This document shows positions 49,077-58,293 of a DNA stretch of 64,000 bases, piece after piece. A program made the translations under genes and the position numbers. How positions within the stretch are numbered: the first letter of the stretch is position 1; each line of letters starts with the position of its first letter. The DNA comes from a virus. Taxonomy: Duplodnaviria > Caudoviricetes. The notes below the pieces were generated by a model that made no database searches, was not told where the DNA came from, and saw nothing but the letters and a program-made list of their open reading frames with translations. The stretch spans positions 2,665-66,664 of IMG/VR virus record IMGVR_UViG_3300048502_000077, one strand, 5' to 3'.

Positions 49077-49580
49077 ATGACTGAAACAAAACATTTCCCG
49101 TGGGATGAAGGCATTCCGACGAAACCAGATGTGGATGCGCTGTTGAAGCAATGGCCGCCGGAAACAATCAAGGCAGGCGAATGGAAGATTACCGATGAGC
49201 AGGCCAAGCCATTGATCGGAAATCCAAATCGAATTCGTTATAGGACCGTGTACGCCGCGTGGATTGCGCGTTTAAAGGCAGATCATTCCATTGTTTTGTA
49301 TCGGTCCAAACAGTTGGGATTTTACTGCCCGACGCCGGAGGAGATCTTCTCTCGCACGCATCCAACACTACAGAGCGCTGGCAGAAAGATTGGCGCCCAG
49401 CTCAAAAACGTAGGTCTGGCGAAGCCAGAGACAGAAATCGGCAAGCAGACGCAGGATCATCATGGCAGATTGCTGCACGCGCAAAAACGAGAACTGAAAA
49501 AGGCGAGAATGAATTTATTGCCGCCAACTTCAGTTGCCGAGACTCCTCGTATATCGCCACCATCTAAGGCGAATCGGTGA
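49077..49580 (+). CDS. Accessory protein of the RAMP-array locus (winged-helix-like plus helical tail)
   Basis: GIPTKPDVD.L...W.....G...I.......IG.....RY.TV..AW..RL......V......GF. The true start could be ATG 49058 if there is a 1-nt error. Confidence 0.6.
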   Translation: MTETKHFPWDEGIPTKPDVDALLKQWPPETIKAGEWKITDEQAKPLIGNPNRIRYRTVYAAWIARLKADHSIVLYRSKQLGFYCPTPEEIFSRTHPTLQSAGRKIGAQLKNVGLAKPETEIGKQTQDHHGRLLHAQKRELKKARMNLLPPTSVAETPRISPPSKANR

Positions 49581-49801
49581 GTGAGGCTGTGACACTATTC
49601 ACCGACGCAGATGAGCGTCACGTTGTGACTATCGCAGTCGCCGCGATATCTCTGCACGCACTTCTGACGCGCCCGGAATTGGACGCTGTCATGCCAACCG
49701 GGATGCCGTATTTCGCGCTCGACGGGCCACAGATGGTTGCCCACGCCTTCGATATTGCCGAACTGTTCATCGCCGAGGCCGAGAAACGATATGGTGGATG
49801 A
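49577..49801 (+). CDS. Hypothetical protein
   Basis: Coupled GTGA start; A..AF.IA..F..E pattern. Confidence 0.55.
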   Translation: MSEAVTLFTDADERHVVTIAVAAISLHALLTRPELDAVMPTGMPYFALDGPQMVAHAFDIAELFIAEAEKRYGG

Positions 49802-50327
49802 AGCGCCATGGATAGCTCTAACTTGACATATCGGCCGGTTTCTGTAGGCTTTGTCGTCCATGTCCTACACGGCGGCCAAGCGGCCCCAGGAATTGCGACA
49901 TGGCAGCACGTCCAGGGGCTCGCCCCAAAGCCCAGAATCTCACCGATGATCAGGTCACGCAGTCCAGATCAGGCCTTCACTCGGACTCGCACCTCGCGCG
50001 ATTATGGAAGCGACCGCGCCAGATCGTCCGCCTCGCCCGTATTGGGCTCACCTTCCCTCACAACCCCACACCGCCCGATACGCGCCCCAGACGGCGCGGG
50101 CGCGGCTCCAAGGATGGGGCGGTGTGCGTGGTACCGATCCCGGTTGCGTCGCAGCCAGCCGCTACTGCGGGGTGAGGCGTGAGCGTCGAACGGTGTGATC
50201 ACGGCATGTACGAGCCGTGGTGCGACGCTTGCACGGATAAGCGCGAACGCAGTGCGCTGACCAATAGCGAGCCGCAACGGTCGCTGATGCAATGGCCATG
50301 CGATGACATGGGGCGCGAGGTGCCGGA

Positions 50328-50756
50328 GTGAGGACGCCAGACTTCATCATTGGTTCTGCCGACAGTCCTTACATTCATCGCTGGTATCTCATTCCGCGCA
50401 ATAGATTTTTCAATATCTATCTGCACAAGATCATGCGCGATGATGACGACAGAGCGCTACACGATCACCCTTGGTGGAACCTGTCCATCATCCTCAAAGG
50501 CTGCTACGACGAAGTGACGGAGCGCGGTACATTTCGGCGTCGCCGATGGTCATTGGTCATTCGGCGCCCGACTGCCGCGCATCGATTAGTTCTTCCTACT
50601 ATCAATGGCGGCATCAGTTTTTGCTGGACGCTGTTTATCACGGGTCCGCGGATTCGCGAGTGGGGATTTTACTGCCCGAAAGGCTGGAAGCATTGGAAGG
50701 ATTTTGTGAATATGAATAATACTGGCGAAGTTGGTCCGGGCTGCGGTGATGAATAA
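50328..50756 (+). CDS. Conserved phage cupin-like protein
   Basis: R.PDF.IG......RW..IPRN..FNIYLH...R.DDDRALHDHPW; HRL.L; WTLF.TGP..REWGF.CP.GW. Confidence 0.75.
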   Translation: MRTPDFIIGSADSPYIHRWYLIPRNRFFNIYLHKIMRDDDDRALHDHPWWNLSIILKGCYDEVTERGTFRRRRWSLVIRRPTAAHRLVLPTINGGISFCWTLFITGPRIREWGFYCPKGWKHWKDFVNMNNTGEVGPGCGDE

Positions 50757-51357
50757 AATCCCCCTCCACCAAGTCATTGTCGCAGAGATCCGCCGCGAAC
50801 CTCGCCGCCCCTTCGTATTCCCCACTCTGCCCGCGTTTATCTCGATTGAGACACGCCTGCCCGACTGGCCTGGCGCTCGCGCGTGGATAACCCCGCATAT
50901 CCCTGATCGACTGCGTTTCCGGCGTCGCAATGACACACTGGAACTCGACTACGGACATCTTGCAGACATCTTGCACGAGACGACAACCGGCCAGTATCAG
51001 ATTCTCATGATCTTGCTGCATGCGGTCGAAAAGTGGATACCGAGGTGCATCAATCGTTCACGCATCGAGGATCTATTCCCAGCCGTCGCTGACGAGGCCA
51101 CAGTAGAGCGTTTCTCTCAAATGCTGCGCACCCAAGAACTCGACAATGAGGCAGCCAACCATCCGACCTACAAACAGATCATCAGCCATATCATGGGGAT
51201 TGAACCATGTCAGCCAGATCCGGAATTCGTCGCCTATATCGAATGGTGCAGGAAGGCCTTGACAATGTACCCCACGCGTCCGTTGTCGTTTGAGCAATGG
51301 CGCGATCCGAAATTACGCGGGCCGATTGATGCGGCGATGGATGGGGTGTTTTTGTGA
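50749..51357 (+). CDS. Hypothetical protein
   Basis: ATGA overlap with the previous stop; 200-aa ORF. Confidence 0.55.
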   Translation: MNKIPLHQVIVAEIRREPRRPFVFPTLPAFISIETRLPDWPGARAWITPHIPDRLRFRRRNDTLELDYGHLADILHETTTGQYQILMILLHAVEKWIPRCINRSRIEDLFPAVADEATVERFSQMLRTQELDNEAANHPTYKQIISHIMGIEPCQPDPEFVAYIEWCRKALTMYPTRPLSFEQWRDPKLRGPIDAAMDGVFL

Positions 51358-51767
51358 AGCCACATTTATCGAAAACAGGTCCAGAAGGATGGTGGGTGCT
51401 GGCCGAGAGCCGCTACTTGGGTGCAATGAAAGTAGTCGCGGGACGAACACTCAAAGAAGCATTGGAGTTTACTCTTACCTTTCAAGCGGGCTTCCATGAT
51501 GGACTGCGTGCAAAATACGGATGGCAATTGCCAAATGTTTAGTGACCGCCACCACCACCTTCACCCCCTCTCCCACGCCTGGCTACGCGGCCTAGTCATC
51601 CAAGTCATGGCCGGCGAGATCAGCCACTTCAACGCGCAGCAGCTCGCGGCCTATTACGTGTATCAGCGGCGGTGGCTCGCGGAGTCACCAGGCGATCGGC
51701 TGTCGGACTGGCTTGATGCTGCTCACTTGCTCAATCACGCGGCCAGCAATGCTGATTTGGATGACAC

Positions 51768-52262
51768 GTGGTGAGTACCCGCGAACAGATCCGCGAGCGG
51801 CGCCGGCATCTAATGGCCGATATCTATACGGCGCATTATTTCGATGCAATGATGATGGACACCGGCGATGTCCTCATTCGTGCATTTCGGTACAAGGAAA
51901 GCAATGGATGCACGAATACTTATCGACCTGATTACACCGTCTCCGAAGCACAGTACGTTGCTGATTGGCTGAATGAGCGGCTGACATGGTCTGACATGAT
52001 TAGGTTTGAGACAATGCTCGCGCTCCACCGGGCAGCTATATCTGCGCTAGTTCAGGCAGCGAATGATATTGAGCGCTGCATGATGTCTGCTGACCCTGCC
52101 AAGGCAGCCGCACAGGCCAATTCAATCATTCAGCCGGCGCTAGACGCCATTCCACTTCCTGATGGTTACCGCGCTCAAGCCGATTTTGCAAAAGGTCATT
52201 TCGTTGGTTCCTTCTATGGCGTCGATGCGGCGGATCTGTTTGTTGTGACGCGGTCTTGCTGA
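51768..52262 (+). CDS. Hypothetical protein
   Basis: 164-aa ORF in the rightward cluster. Confidence 0.5.
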   Translation: MVSTREQIRERRRHLMADIYTAHYFDAMMMDTGDVLIRAFRYKESNGCTNTYRPDYTVSEAQYVADWLNERLTWSDMIRFETMLALHRAAISALVQAANDIERCMMSADPAKAAAQANSIIQPALDAIPLPDGYRAQADFAKGHFVGSFYGVDAADLFVVTRSC

Positions 52263-52419
52263 AAAACACAGGCCGCACCGGCCGGCCGCCTACCAAGACT
52301 GTTGAATTCAGGCGCACCGAAATCAGGCGCCGGATGAAACTCTATCGCGATAATTTGCCCAAGCGTATTGCGGCGGACCTGGGCGTCACGCCGCATACGG
52401 TGTGGCGACTGAACTCTGA

Positions 52420-52728
52420 TTAAGGCGTCGGTGCTGGCGTCGGGTTCAGCGCGGTCAATTCGGCCTGTACGGCAGCCGTCGCTGCGGTGATCTGCGTATC
52501 CAGCGCGCCCAGCTGATCCGGGGTCGCGCCGCCTTGCGCCTGAAGCGCCTGGAGTTCTGCGGAGACATTCTGCGTCGCGGTGATGAGACTGCTAACGGCA
52601 GTCGTGAGCGAACTGACATCGGCAGCGACTTGAGCTTCTGTTGCGGACATTTTATCTATACTCCTGAATAGTAGATCGAGTTTTGCCTCGATCCGATTGA
52701 GTTGGGTGAACATGGCGCCAGCGAGCAT
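52420..52728 (-). CDS. Small amphipathic coiled-coil protein, isolated on the minus strand
   Basis: L.RIE.KLD.L....MS......L.A.V..L.T.V.S.....V.AEL..L....ATP.QL..L..QI......V; ends NPTPAPTP. Confidence 0.6.
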   Translation of the reverse strand: MLAGAMFTQLNRIEAKLDLLFRSIDKMSATEAQVAADVSSLTTAVSSLITATQNVSAELQALQAQGGATPDQLGALDTQITAATAAVQAELTALNPTPAPTP

Positions 52729-52798
52729 AGCGCAATTGTCAAGCCCACACCGTCACAGTTTTTTGAAAAATAGGATTTGTCTGACGGGCGAAATCGTG

Positions 52799-52972
52799 TT
52801 GCGCCGCTGGCAGCGTAGCAGTAGGCTTAGATAGCGGCCTTGAAACGGCCGTGCTGATTTGTCGATCAGCGTTGTCTATCATCAGCAAGCCCTAAGAAGT
52901 GGTCCGGCCGTGCTGACGGTGTCGACAACGCGCATTTTGCGATGCGCGGGACTGCTTCTTAGGGCTTTTTTT
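52799..52972 (+). ncRNA. Promoter plus structured leader: two hairpins, a complementary downstream target and a long terminator-like stem with a U tract
   Basis: TTGCGC-17-TAGGCT. Hairpins GCGGCC/TTGAAAC/GGCCGT and GCTGAT/TTGTCG/ATCAGC. 19-bp stem 52887-52905 pairs with 52949-52967, followed by T5. Confidence 0.6.
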
Positions 52973-52983
52973 GGGCGTGAATA

Positions 52984-53184
52984 ATGAATATGGCAGCACC
53001 TCCGTGCACATGCCTTCGCAGTTCCCCGGAACTCCGATATTGTCGAGGCAACAACGCAGTAGGCTGGCGATGCACGAACTGCGACAAGGTTCTCTCTAAG
53101 TGGATTCCACATAGGGATTTGGGTGATATCGACATCAGATCTCTCCCTCCTTGGAATAGGGAATCTCAAGGCTCTCTTTTGTGA
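52984..53184 (+). CDS. Small Zn-ribbon protein
   Basis: CTC..........WRCTNC.....WIPH. Confidence 0.55.
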   Translation: MNMAAPPCTCLRSSPELRYCRGNNAVGWRCTNCDKVLSKWIPHRDLGDIDIRSLPPWNRESQGSLL

Positions 53185-55580
53185 GTGCTATCGTCGCGTC
53201 GATCGCCCCGGTCGAGGCGATAGTCCGGCTGGCTAGAACATACCCGGTATTTCCGTGTCGAGTTCGCGCCGAGACGATCTACATTAGGGGCAAACCGAAA
53301 CTCCGCAAGCCTAAATCGCCGCATACTTTTCGCGGACTGGACGATGCCAGCCAGGACCCTGACCAGATCCGCGCCTGGTGGCAGGAATGGCCTGACGCTC
53401 TTGTGGGCGTCCCCACGGGCAGCGGCACGCGGCTGGCAGTAGTGGACTATGATCTTCCGAAAGCCGACCAGGCGGCTCGAGACTGGCTGGAATTACATGC
53501 AGCGGAACTGTCCGGTACACGCAATCACGGGACACTCTCAGGCGGCAAACACTACCTCTTCCGCACCCCGGAGGGCCGTGAATACCGTAATGGCGTTTGT
53601 CTCAAACTGGATAACATCGAACGCAAAGGGCTGGATTGTCGTGCTCAGCGCGGATACATCATCTGGTGGCCTATGCATGGAGGCAGAGTAGACGGCGATG
53701 AGATCGCGCCGCTACCCGCTGGGCTTATAGACGAACAGTTTATTGATGTCCGAAATCTAAAACCCCTTCCGACCGCGACCCCTGAAACATGGGCTAAAGA
53801 TAAAAACACACTGATTCTGACACTGCCTTACATCGATCCGACTTCCTATCAAATATGGATCGATACGGGGCAAATTATTCACCTTGCGAGCGGCGCAGCC
53901 GATGACGGTTTCTTGCTCTGGAATGCATGGAGCGCCGGAGAAATAACCGGTGAGTGTCCCGCAGAATATTCAGGGATCAATGACTGTCGCGAAAAATGGG
54001 CGACCTTCAATCCAACGGCGAAGGCACGAAAACATACGAAGACAGTCGGGTCAGTTGTCCACGCGGCCAAAACCATGGGTTTCGCATGGCCATCGCCAAC
54101 ACCTAAGCCGCAGATTGACACCGCATCTGATTCTGGAGATGTCTTTGCAGAACAATTAGAAAACCCTCCTGCAATCGAAACCCCACCGATAGACAGTTAC
54201 CTCGATGCGGATGAGGTCGGATTTACAGACACTGATATTGCGAATTCTCGACGTTTCGCGTTTCAGTATGGCGATAAAGTCCGCTATACGGTGGAGCGCG
54301 GATGGTTCACGTGGGACTTGCAGCGTTGGCGCGTCGATGAGAAAGGCATTCAGGTCCAGGAATTCGGCAAACGTACTGCAATAAGTATCTTCGATGAAAT
54401 CCGCAATGCTATAGACAGAAAAGAGGTGATCAAGCATGCGAAGAATTCACAGTCAAAACGCGCTGTCGAGGCCATGGTCTCATTAGCAAGGTCGGAACGC
54501 GGAATTCCAGCAAGATTAGCCGATTTTGACCAAGATCCGTGGCTGTTCAATGTCGCCAATGGCACAATAGATTTGCGTTCCGGAGAGCTGCGCGATCATT
54601 CAAAAATCGACCTCATCAGCAGCATTTCAGAGGCGCATTTTGACGACAATGCAAAGTGCCCTCTATGGAATGAATTTCTAGACACAATTACGGCCAGTAA
54701 TATAGAACTTCGATCATATCTGCAGCGCCTCGTGGGATATTTGCTAGTTGGCGATACCTCAGATCAATCCCTGCATTTCTTGTATGGATCCGGTGCGAAT
54801 GGCAAGTCTGTCTTTTGCGAGGTCGTACAACGATTACTCGGCGAGTACGCGATCACTATCAGTCCAGATGTGATCATGCTGCGGCGTCATGCGGGCATTC
54901 CTAACGATATCGCAAGACTTCGTGGCGTCCGGGCCGCAATGATGAATGAGACCACGCAGGGAAGTAAATTTGATGAAGCTAAACTGAAAGACCTTACAGG
55001 CGGAGATACGCTCACAGCTCGATTTCTCAATCACGAGTTTTTCGATTTTCGGCCGACTCATCGCATTATCGTTCGCGGCAATCACAAGCCTTCAATCAAT
55101 GGAACTGATGATGGCATATGGCGTCGATTGAGACTCGTTCCGTTTACTGTGTCTATTCCCGCTGAACAACAAGATTCTGGGCTCATTGGCAAATTATGCG
55201 GTGAATTGAGTGGCATTTTGAATTGGGCCTTAGACGGATGCGAGGCGTGGCGCGAAGACGGAGCGCTCAAGCCGCCCGCTATCATCACTGATGCCGTCAA
55301 ACAATATCGCAGCGAGTCTGACACCTTGGGTATTTTTGTCGAAGAAAATTGCACGGTGCGTGCGAATAGCCAGGTCAAATCCTCGATTTTTTATTCCCGA
55401 TATCGTGAATTCACTGAAGCCTCAAATGAGCGCGCGATCCCGCAAAAAGAGATGCGCACCGAGATGGAGAAGCGCGGTTATGTCTATAGGCGCGGCTCAG
55501 GCGGAAATCCGATCTATGAAGGGCTGTCCCTCAACACCAGTAAATCCGATGAGGACGACGATCGAAGGTACGGCAATTGA
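53181..55580 (+). CDS. Primase-helicase: Prim-Pol (bifunctional primase/polymerase), PriCT-2, D5_N and P4-type SF3 ATPase
   Basis: YPVFPC; A..D..QI.AWW..WP.A.VG.PTG; VVD.D; T.SGG.H..F; TD..N..RF; D.D.WL.N..NG..DLR.G; LYGSGANGKS; K.LTGGD.L.ARF. Confidence 0.9.
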   Translation: MSAIVASIAPVEAIVRLARTYPVFPCRVRAETIYIRGKPKLRKPKSPHTFRGLDDASQDPDQIRAWWQEWPDALVGVPTGSGTRLAVVDYDLPKADQAARDWLELHAAELSGTRNHGTLSGGKHYLFRTPEGREYRNGVCLKLDNIERKGLDCRAQRGYIIWWPMHGGRVDGDEIAPLPAGLIDEQFIDVRNLKPLPTATPETWAKDKNTLILTLPYIDPTSYQIWIDTGQIIHLASGAADDGFLLWNAWSAGEITGECPAEYSGINDCREKWATFNPTAKARKHTKTVGSVVHAAKTMGFAWPSPTPKPQIDTASDSGDVFAEQLENPPAIETPPIDSYLDADEVGFTDTDIANSRRFAFQYGDKVRYTVERGWFTWDLQRWRVDEKGIQVQEFGKRTAISIFDEIRNAIDRKEVIKHAKNSQSKRAVEAMVSLARSERGIPARLADFDQDPWLFNVANGTIDLRSGELRDHSKIDLISSISEAHFDDNAKCPLWNEFLDTITASNIELRSYLQRLVGYLLVGDTSDQSLHFLYGSGANGKSVFCEVVQRLLGEYAITISPDVIMLRRHAGIPNDIARLRGVRAAMMNETTQGSKFDEAKLKDLTGGDTLTARFLNHEFFDFRPTHRIIVRGNHKPSINGTDDGIWRRLRLVPFTVSIPAEQQDSGLIGKLCGELSGILNWALDGCEAWREDGALKPPAIITDAVKQYRSESDTLGIFVEENCTVRANSQVKSSIFYSRYREFTEASNERAIPQKEMRTEMEKRGYVYRRGSGGNPIYEGLSLNTSKSDEDDDRRYGN

Positions 55581-55604
55581 ACATAAATTAGTTGCCACGG
55601 CAGC

Positions 55605-55695
55605 TAGTGAAGTCAGATGAAGTCTGTGCCGGTAGTTTCTCATACGCGCGCGCGGATAGGGTAGGGGCTGGCAGACACTTCACTAGACTTCACTG
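55605..55695. repeat. Inverted pair of tandem TGAAGTC/GACTTCA repeats, candidate replication origin
   Basis: TAGTGAAGTC AGATGAAGTCTG ... CAGACACTTCACTA GACTTCACTG, immediately after the primase stop. Confidence 0.55.
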
Positions 55696-55852
55696 ATTGC
55701 TTAGGCAATCAATTAGAGGTGACAATTTGTGTCACTTATTCGGGTTACGGGCCGGCAGAGGATACTGGGACGGTGCTGGCATTTGCTATGCTCGCCTTGC
55801 GCCTAACCAGAGTCATCCAGAGTAATTTCCAGAATCATAGAGTTACCGGAAA

Positions 55853-56290
55853 ATGCCATATCCCACCATCAATCCGATGCGCCTGTACGAAGTCCGAACG
55901 CAGATCAAAGCGACGCAACTGATCAACCGATTGCAAGATCACGTGCTGCTGGATGTCGAGATGTCGAGCTCACAAATCCGTGCCGCAACCACGCTGTTGA
56001 ACAAATGCATACCCGATCTGGTGCGCACTGAGTTTGTGATGCCTGGCGATGGCGATAACAGCGATTTGGATTCACTCAGCGATGCGCAGCTCGCAGCGAT
56101 TGCCAGACGCGAGGCTCCAATGCGGCCCAGCCGTATGGCGGTAACTGATGCAGAACAGGTGACTGATGGACGAACAAGTCGAAGTGATGTTGAGCGAACT
56201 GCAGAGGGCAACGAAGAAGCGCACAATCACGCCGCAGATGGCGGCTCAAGCGTTATTGAATCGCAGGAGAGCACGATCCAGTCCGATTGA
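55853..56290 (+). CDS. terS: Terminase small subunit
   Basis: EVR..IKA.QLINRLQ.H.....EMS.SQIRAA..LLNK..PDL; directly upstream of TerL. The 3' end overlaps TerL and is uncertain. Confidence 0.7.
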   Translation: MPYPTINPMRLYEVRTQIKATQLINRLQDHVLLDVEMSSSQIRAATTLLNKCIPDLVRTEFVMPGDGDNSDLDSLSDAQLAAIARREAPMRPSRMAVTDAEQVTDGRTSRSDVERTAEGNEEAHNHAADGGSSVIESQESTIQSD

Positions 56291-57806
56291 GTTTGCAGGC
56301 TACATCGATGTTCCCGGACGGCCGCTGAGCAAAGATCCAGACTCAGAATTGTTTGAGCCCGTTGAGACCAATCTAGCTCCGCATCACAAGATCATCCTTG
56401 AAGCGATGAATAGAACATCGCGAAAGGACTACGGCAGATTGCTGATGATGCTGCCGCCAGGATCCGCGAAAACGACCTACGCGTCCATCGTATTCCCAAG
56501 CTGGTACATGGGGAAGAATCCAAATACTCGGCTCGCGCTCGGCATGTACGGCAATGACATCGCAATGTCTGTTGGGCGTAAGACGCGATCTGTCATCACG
56601 CAGCCTAGATATAAACAAATATTTGACGTGGAGTTATCGAAGGATTCAAAGGCAGGAGATAAATTCGCTTTGACCAATGGCAGCAACTACATGGCAGACT
56701 CAATCGGCGGTCAGTTCCCCGGCAACAGATTCGAATGCGGAATAGTTGACGATCCCATCAAAGGCTATAGCGAAGCCAATTCCCCGGTTGAGCGGGAAAA
56801 GACGTGGAATTTGTTTCTGAGCAATATTACCTCGCGTATTGTTCCTGGCGGATGGCTGGTAGTCATCATGACGCACTGGGACGAGGAAGATCCGGCGGGG
56901 CGCATATTGCCTGAGGATTTTTCTGGAGACTCTGGCACGATCATTGGAAGGCACGACGGGTTGGAATGGGAAGTGCTATGCCTTCAGGCGCGATGCGAGA
57001 ACTCAACCGATCCGGCAGGACGGCAGTTGGGGGAATATCTGTGGCCCGAGTGGTTCGGTCCTAAACATTGGCAGCAGTTTGAGCCGGATCGCCGTGCATG
57101 GACTTCACTGTTCCAGCAGCTTCCACGAGCGATTGAGGGTGCATTTTTCAGTCAAGAGATGCTGCTAGTCGGTGGCGTGCCTGCAAGTGACGGAATCGCC
57201 GCGGTGCCCGCACATCCAGTGCAGGGATGGCCAATACATGTAGACTACGTGTGCGCGTTTGTGGATTCAGCGTCAAAGACTGGAAACGAGCATGACGGCA
57301 CAGCCGTAGCGTACTTCGCGCGTACACGGTACAAGGACATCGCTGCGCCGCTTATATTACTGGACTACGATTATCTTCAGATTCAAGTCTCAACGTCTGT
57401 TACGTTGGCGCCGAATATCCTCAAGCGTCTCGAAGAGTTGTCAACTCTTTGCAAGGCGCGCGAAGGAGTACGCGGCGTATGGGTTGAGGACAAGGGTAGT
57501 GGTATCGGCTGGATCCAGCAGTCGCAGGAAAAGGGACTTAACATCCATCCGATAGAAAGCAAACTGTCTTCGCTTGGCAAAAAGGAACGAGCGCAAGCAG
57601 CGGCGCCTTACGTCGCGGCTGGAATGGTGAAAGTCGTTGACTACGCATTCCGCAAGGTTGTGACATTTAAGGGGTCGACGAAAAATCATATGATGGCGCA
57701 GATCCTGAGATTCTCGATGGAGTCAGGAGACCGCGATGCGGATGACTGTCTGGATGCGTTCTGCTATGGGGTAGTGCTAGCGCTAGGAAATCGCAAGGGC
57801 TATTGA
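56166..57806 (+). CDS. terL: Terminase large subunit
   Basis: L.M.LPPGSAKTTYAS..FP.W (Walker A), IVDDPIKG (Walker B), T.W.EED..GR, nuclease VDSA.KTG.EHD.TA, DD..DAFCY. Confidence 0.92.
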   Translation: MDEQVEVMLSELQRATKKRTITPQMAAQALLNRRRARSSPIEFAGYIDVPGRPLSKDPDSELFEPVETNLAPHHKIILEAMNRTSRKDYGRLLMMLPPGSAKTTYASIVFPSWYMGKNPNTRLALGMYGNDIAMSVGRKTRSVITQPRYKQIFDVELSKDSKAGDKFALTNGSNYMADSIGGQFPGNRFECGIVDDPIKGYSEANSPVEREKTWNLFLSNITSRIVPGGWLVVIMTHWDEEDPAGRILPEDFSGDSGTIIGRHDGLEWEVLCLQARCENSTDPAGRQLGEYLWPEWFGPKHWQQFEPDRRAWTSLFQQLPRAIEGAFFSQEMLLVGGVPASDGIAAVPAHPVQGWPIHVDYVCAFVDSASKTGNEHDGTAVAYFARTRYKDIAAPLILLDYDYLQIQVSTSVTLAPNILKRLEELSTLCKAREGVRGVWVEDKGSGIGWIQQSQEKGLNIHPIESKLSSLGKKERAQAAAPYVAAGMVKVVDYAFRKVVTFKGSTKNHMMAQILRFSMESGDRDADDCLDAFCYGVVLALGNRKGY

Positions 57807-57867
57807 CACAATGCCGCCGCGCCCGAGGTCTGGTATCTTCGGGCCACTACCACACAGGGGAGCCGCC

Positions 57868-58020
57868 ATGTCATTGCACCTCATCCTCGTCGTTTTGTTG
57901 ATCGTGCTGTTACTCGGCGCGTTGCCGACCTGGCCATACTCAACTGGCTGGGGTTACCGACCTGTCGGCGGCGTCGGTTTGCTGCTCATCGTGTTGCTGG
58001 TCCTGTTTTTCCTGAGGTGA
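57868..58020 (+). CDS. DUF3309-family small membrane protein
   Basis: IL.V.LI.LL.GALPTWPYS.GWGY.P.GG.GL.LI.LL.L, the characteristic signature; GGGGAG RBS. Confidence 0.85.
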   Translation: MSLHLILVVLLIVLLLGALPTWPYSTGWGYRPVGGVGLLLIVLLVLFFLR

Positions 58021-58023
58021 GTC

Positions 58024-58293
58024 ATGACCGAATCAGTCGCTCCCTCCGGCTACGCCATCAACGGCAAACCCGTCAAGGACATGGATGACGGCGAGCTCGC
58101 CAAGGCCGCTGAGTTCACCGGCGCGCAAACGCAGGCCATCTTCCAGCAGCTTCAAACCTGCGTGGCGAGATTGCAGATGTTCAGTTCGATGCAGAACATC
58201 GTGCAGTACGAAATCGAGCGGCGAAAGGTATCGCTGACGGTCGTGGGTGCGGATGTGTTGCGCCCCTTGGCGCGACTCAACGGAGCGCGGTAA
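58024..58293 (+). CDS. Hypothetical coiled-coil protein
   Basis: GAGGT RBS; 89-aa ORF. Confidence 0.5.
   Translation: MTESVAPSGYAINGKPVKDMDDGELAKAAEFTGAQTQAIFQQLQTCVARLQMFSSMQNIVQYEIERRKVSLTVVGADVLRPLARLNGAR

Noticed and set aside
48859-49080. 73-aa ORF (..GRAGHGEARPGMARHGRARPGMVW..) and antisense ORFs 48788-49207 and 48820-49065 across the array
   Set aside because: These are translations of the 5-nt repeat. They overlap the RAMP gene, and a period of 5 is not compatible with coding selection.
57803-57839. Sigma70 promoter for DUF3309 (TTGACA ... TATCTT)
   Set aside because: The spacer is 25 nt, too long, and TTGACA overlaps the TerL stop codon.
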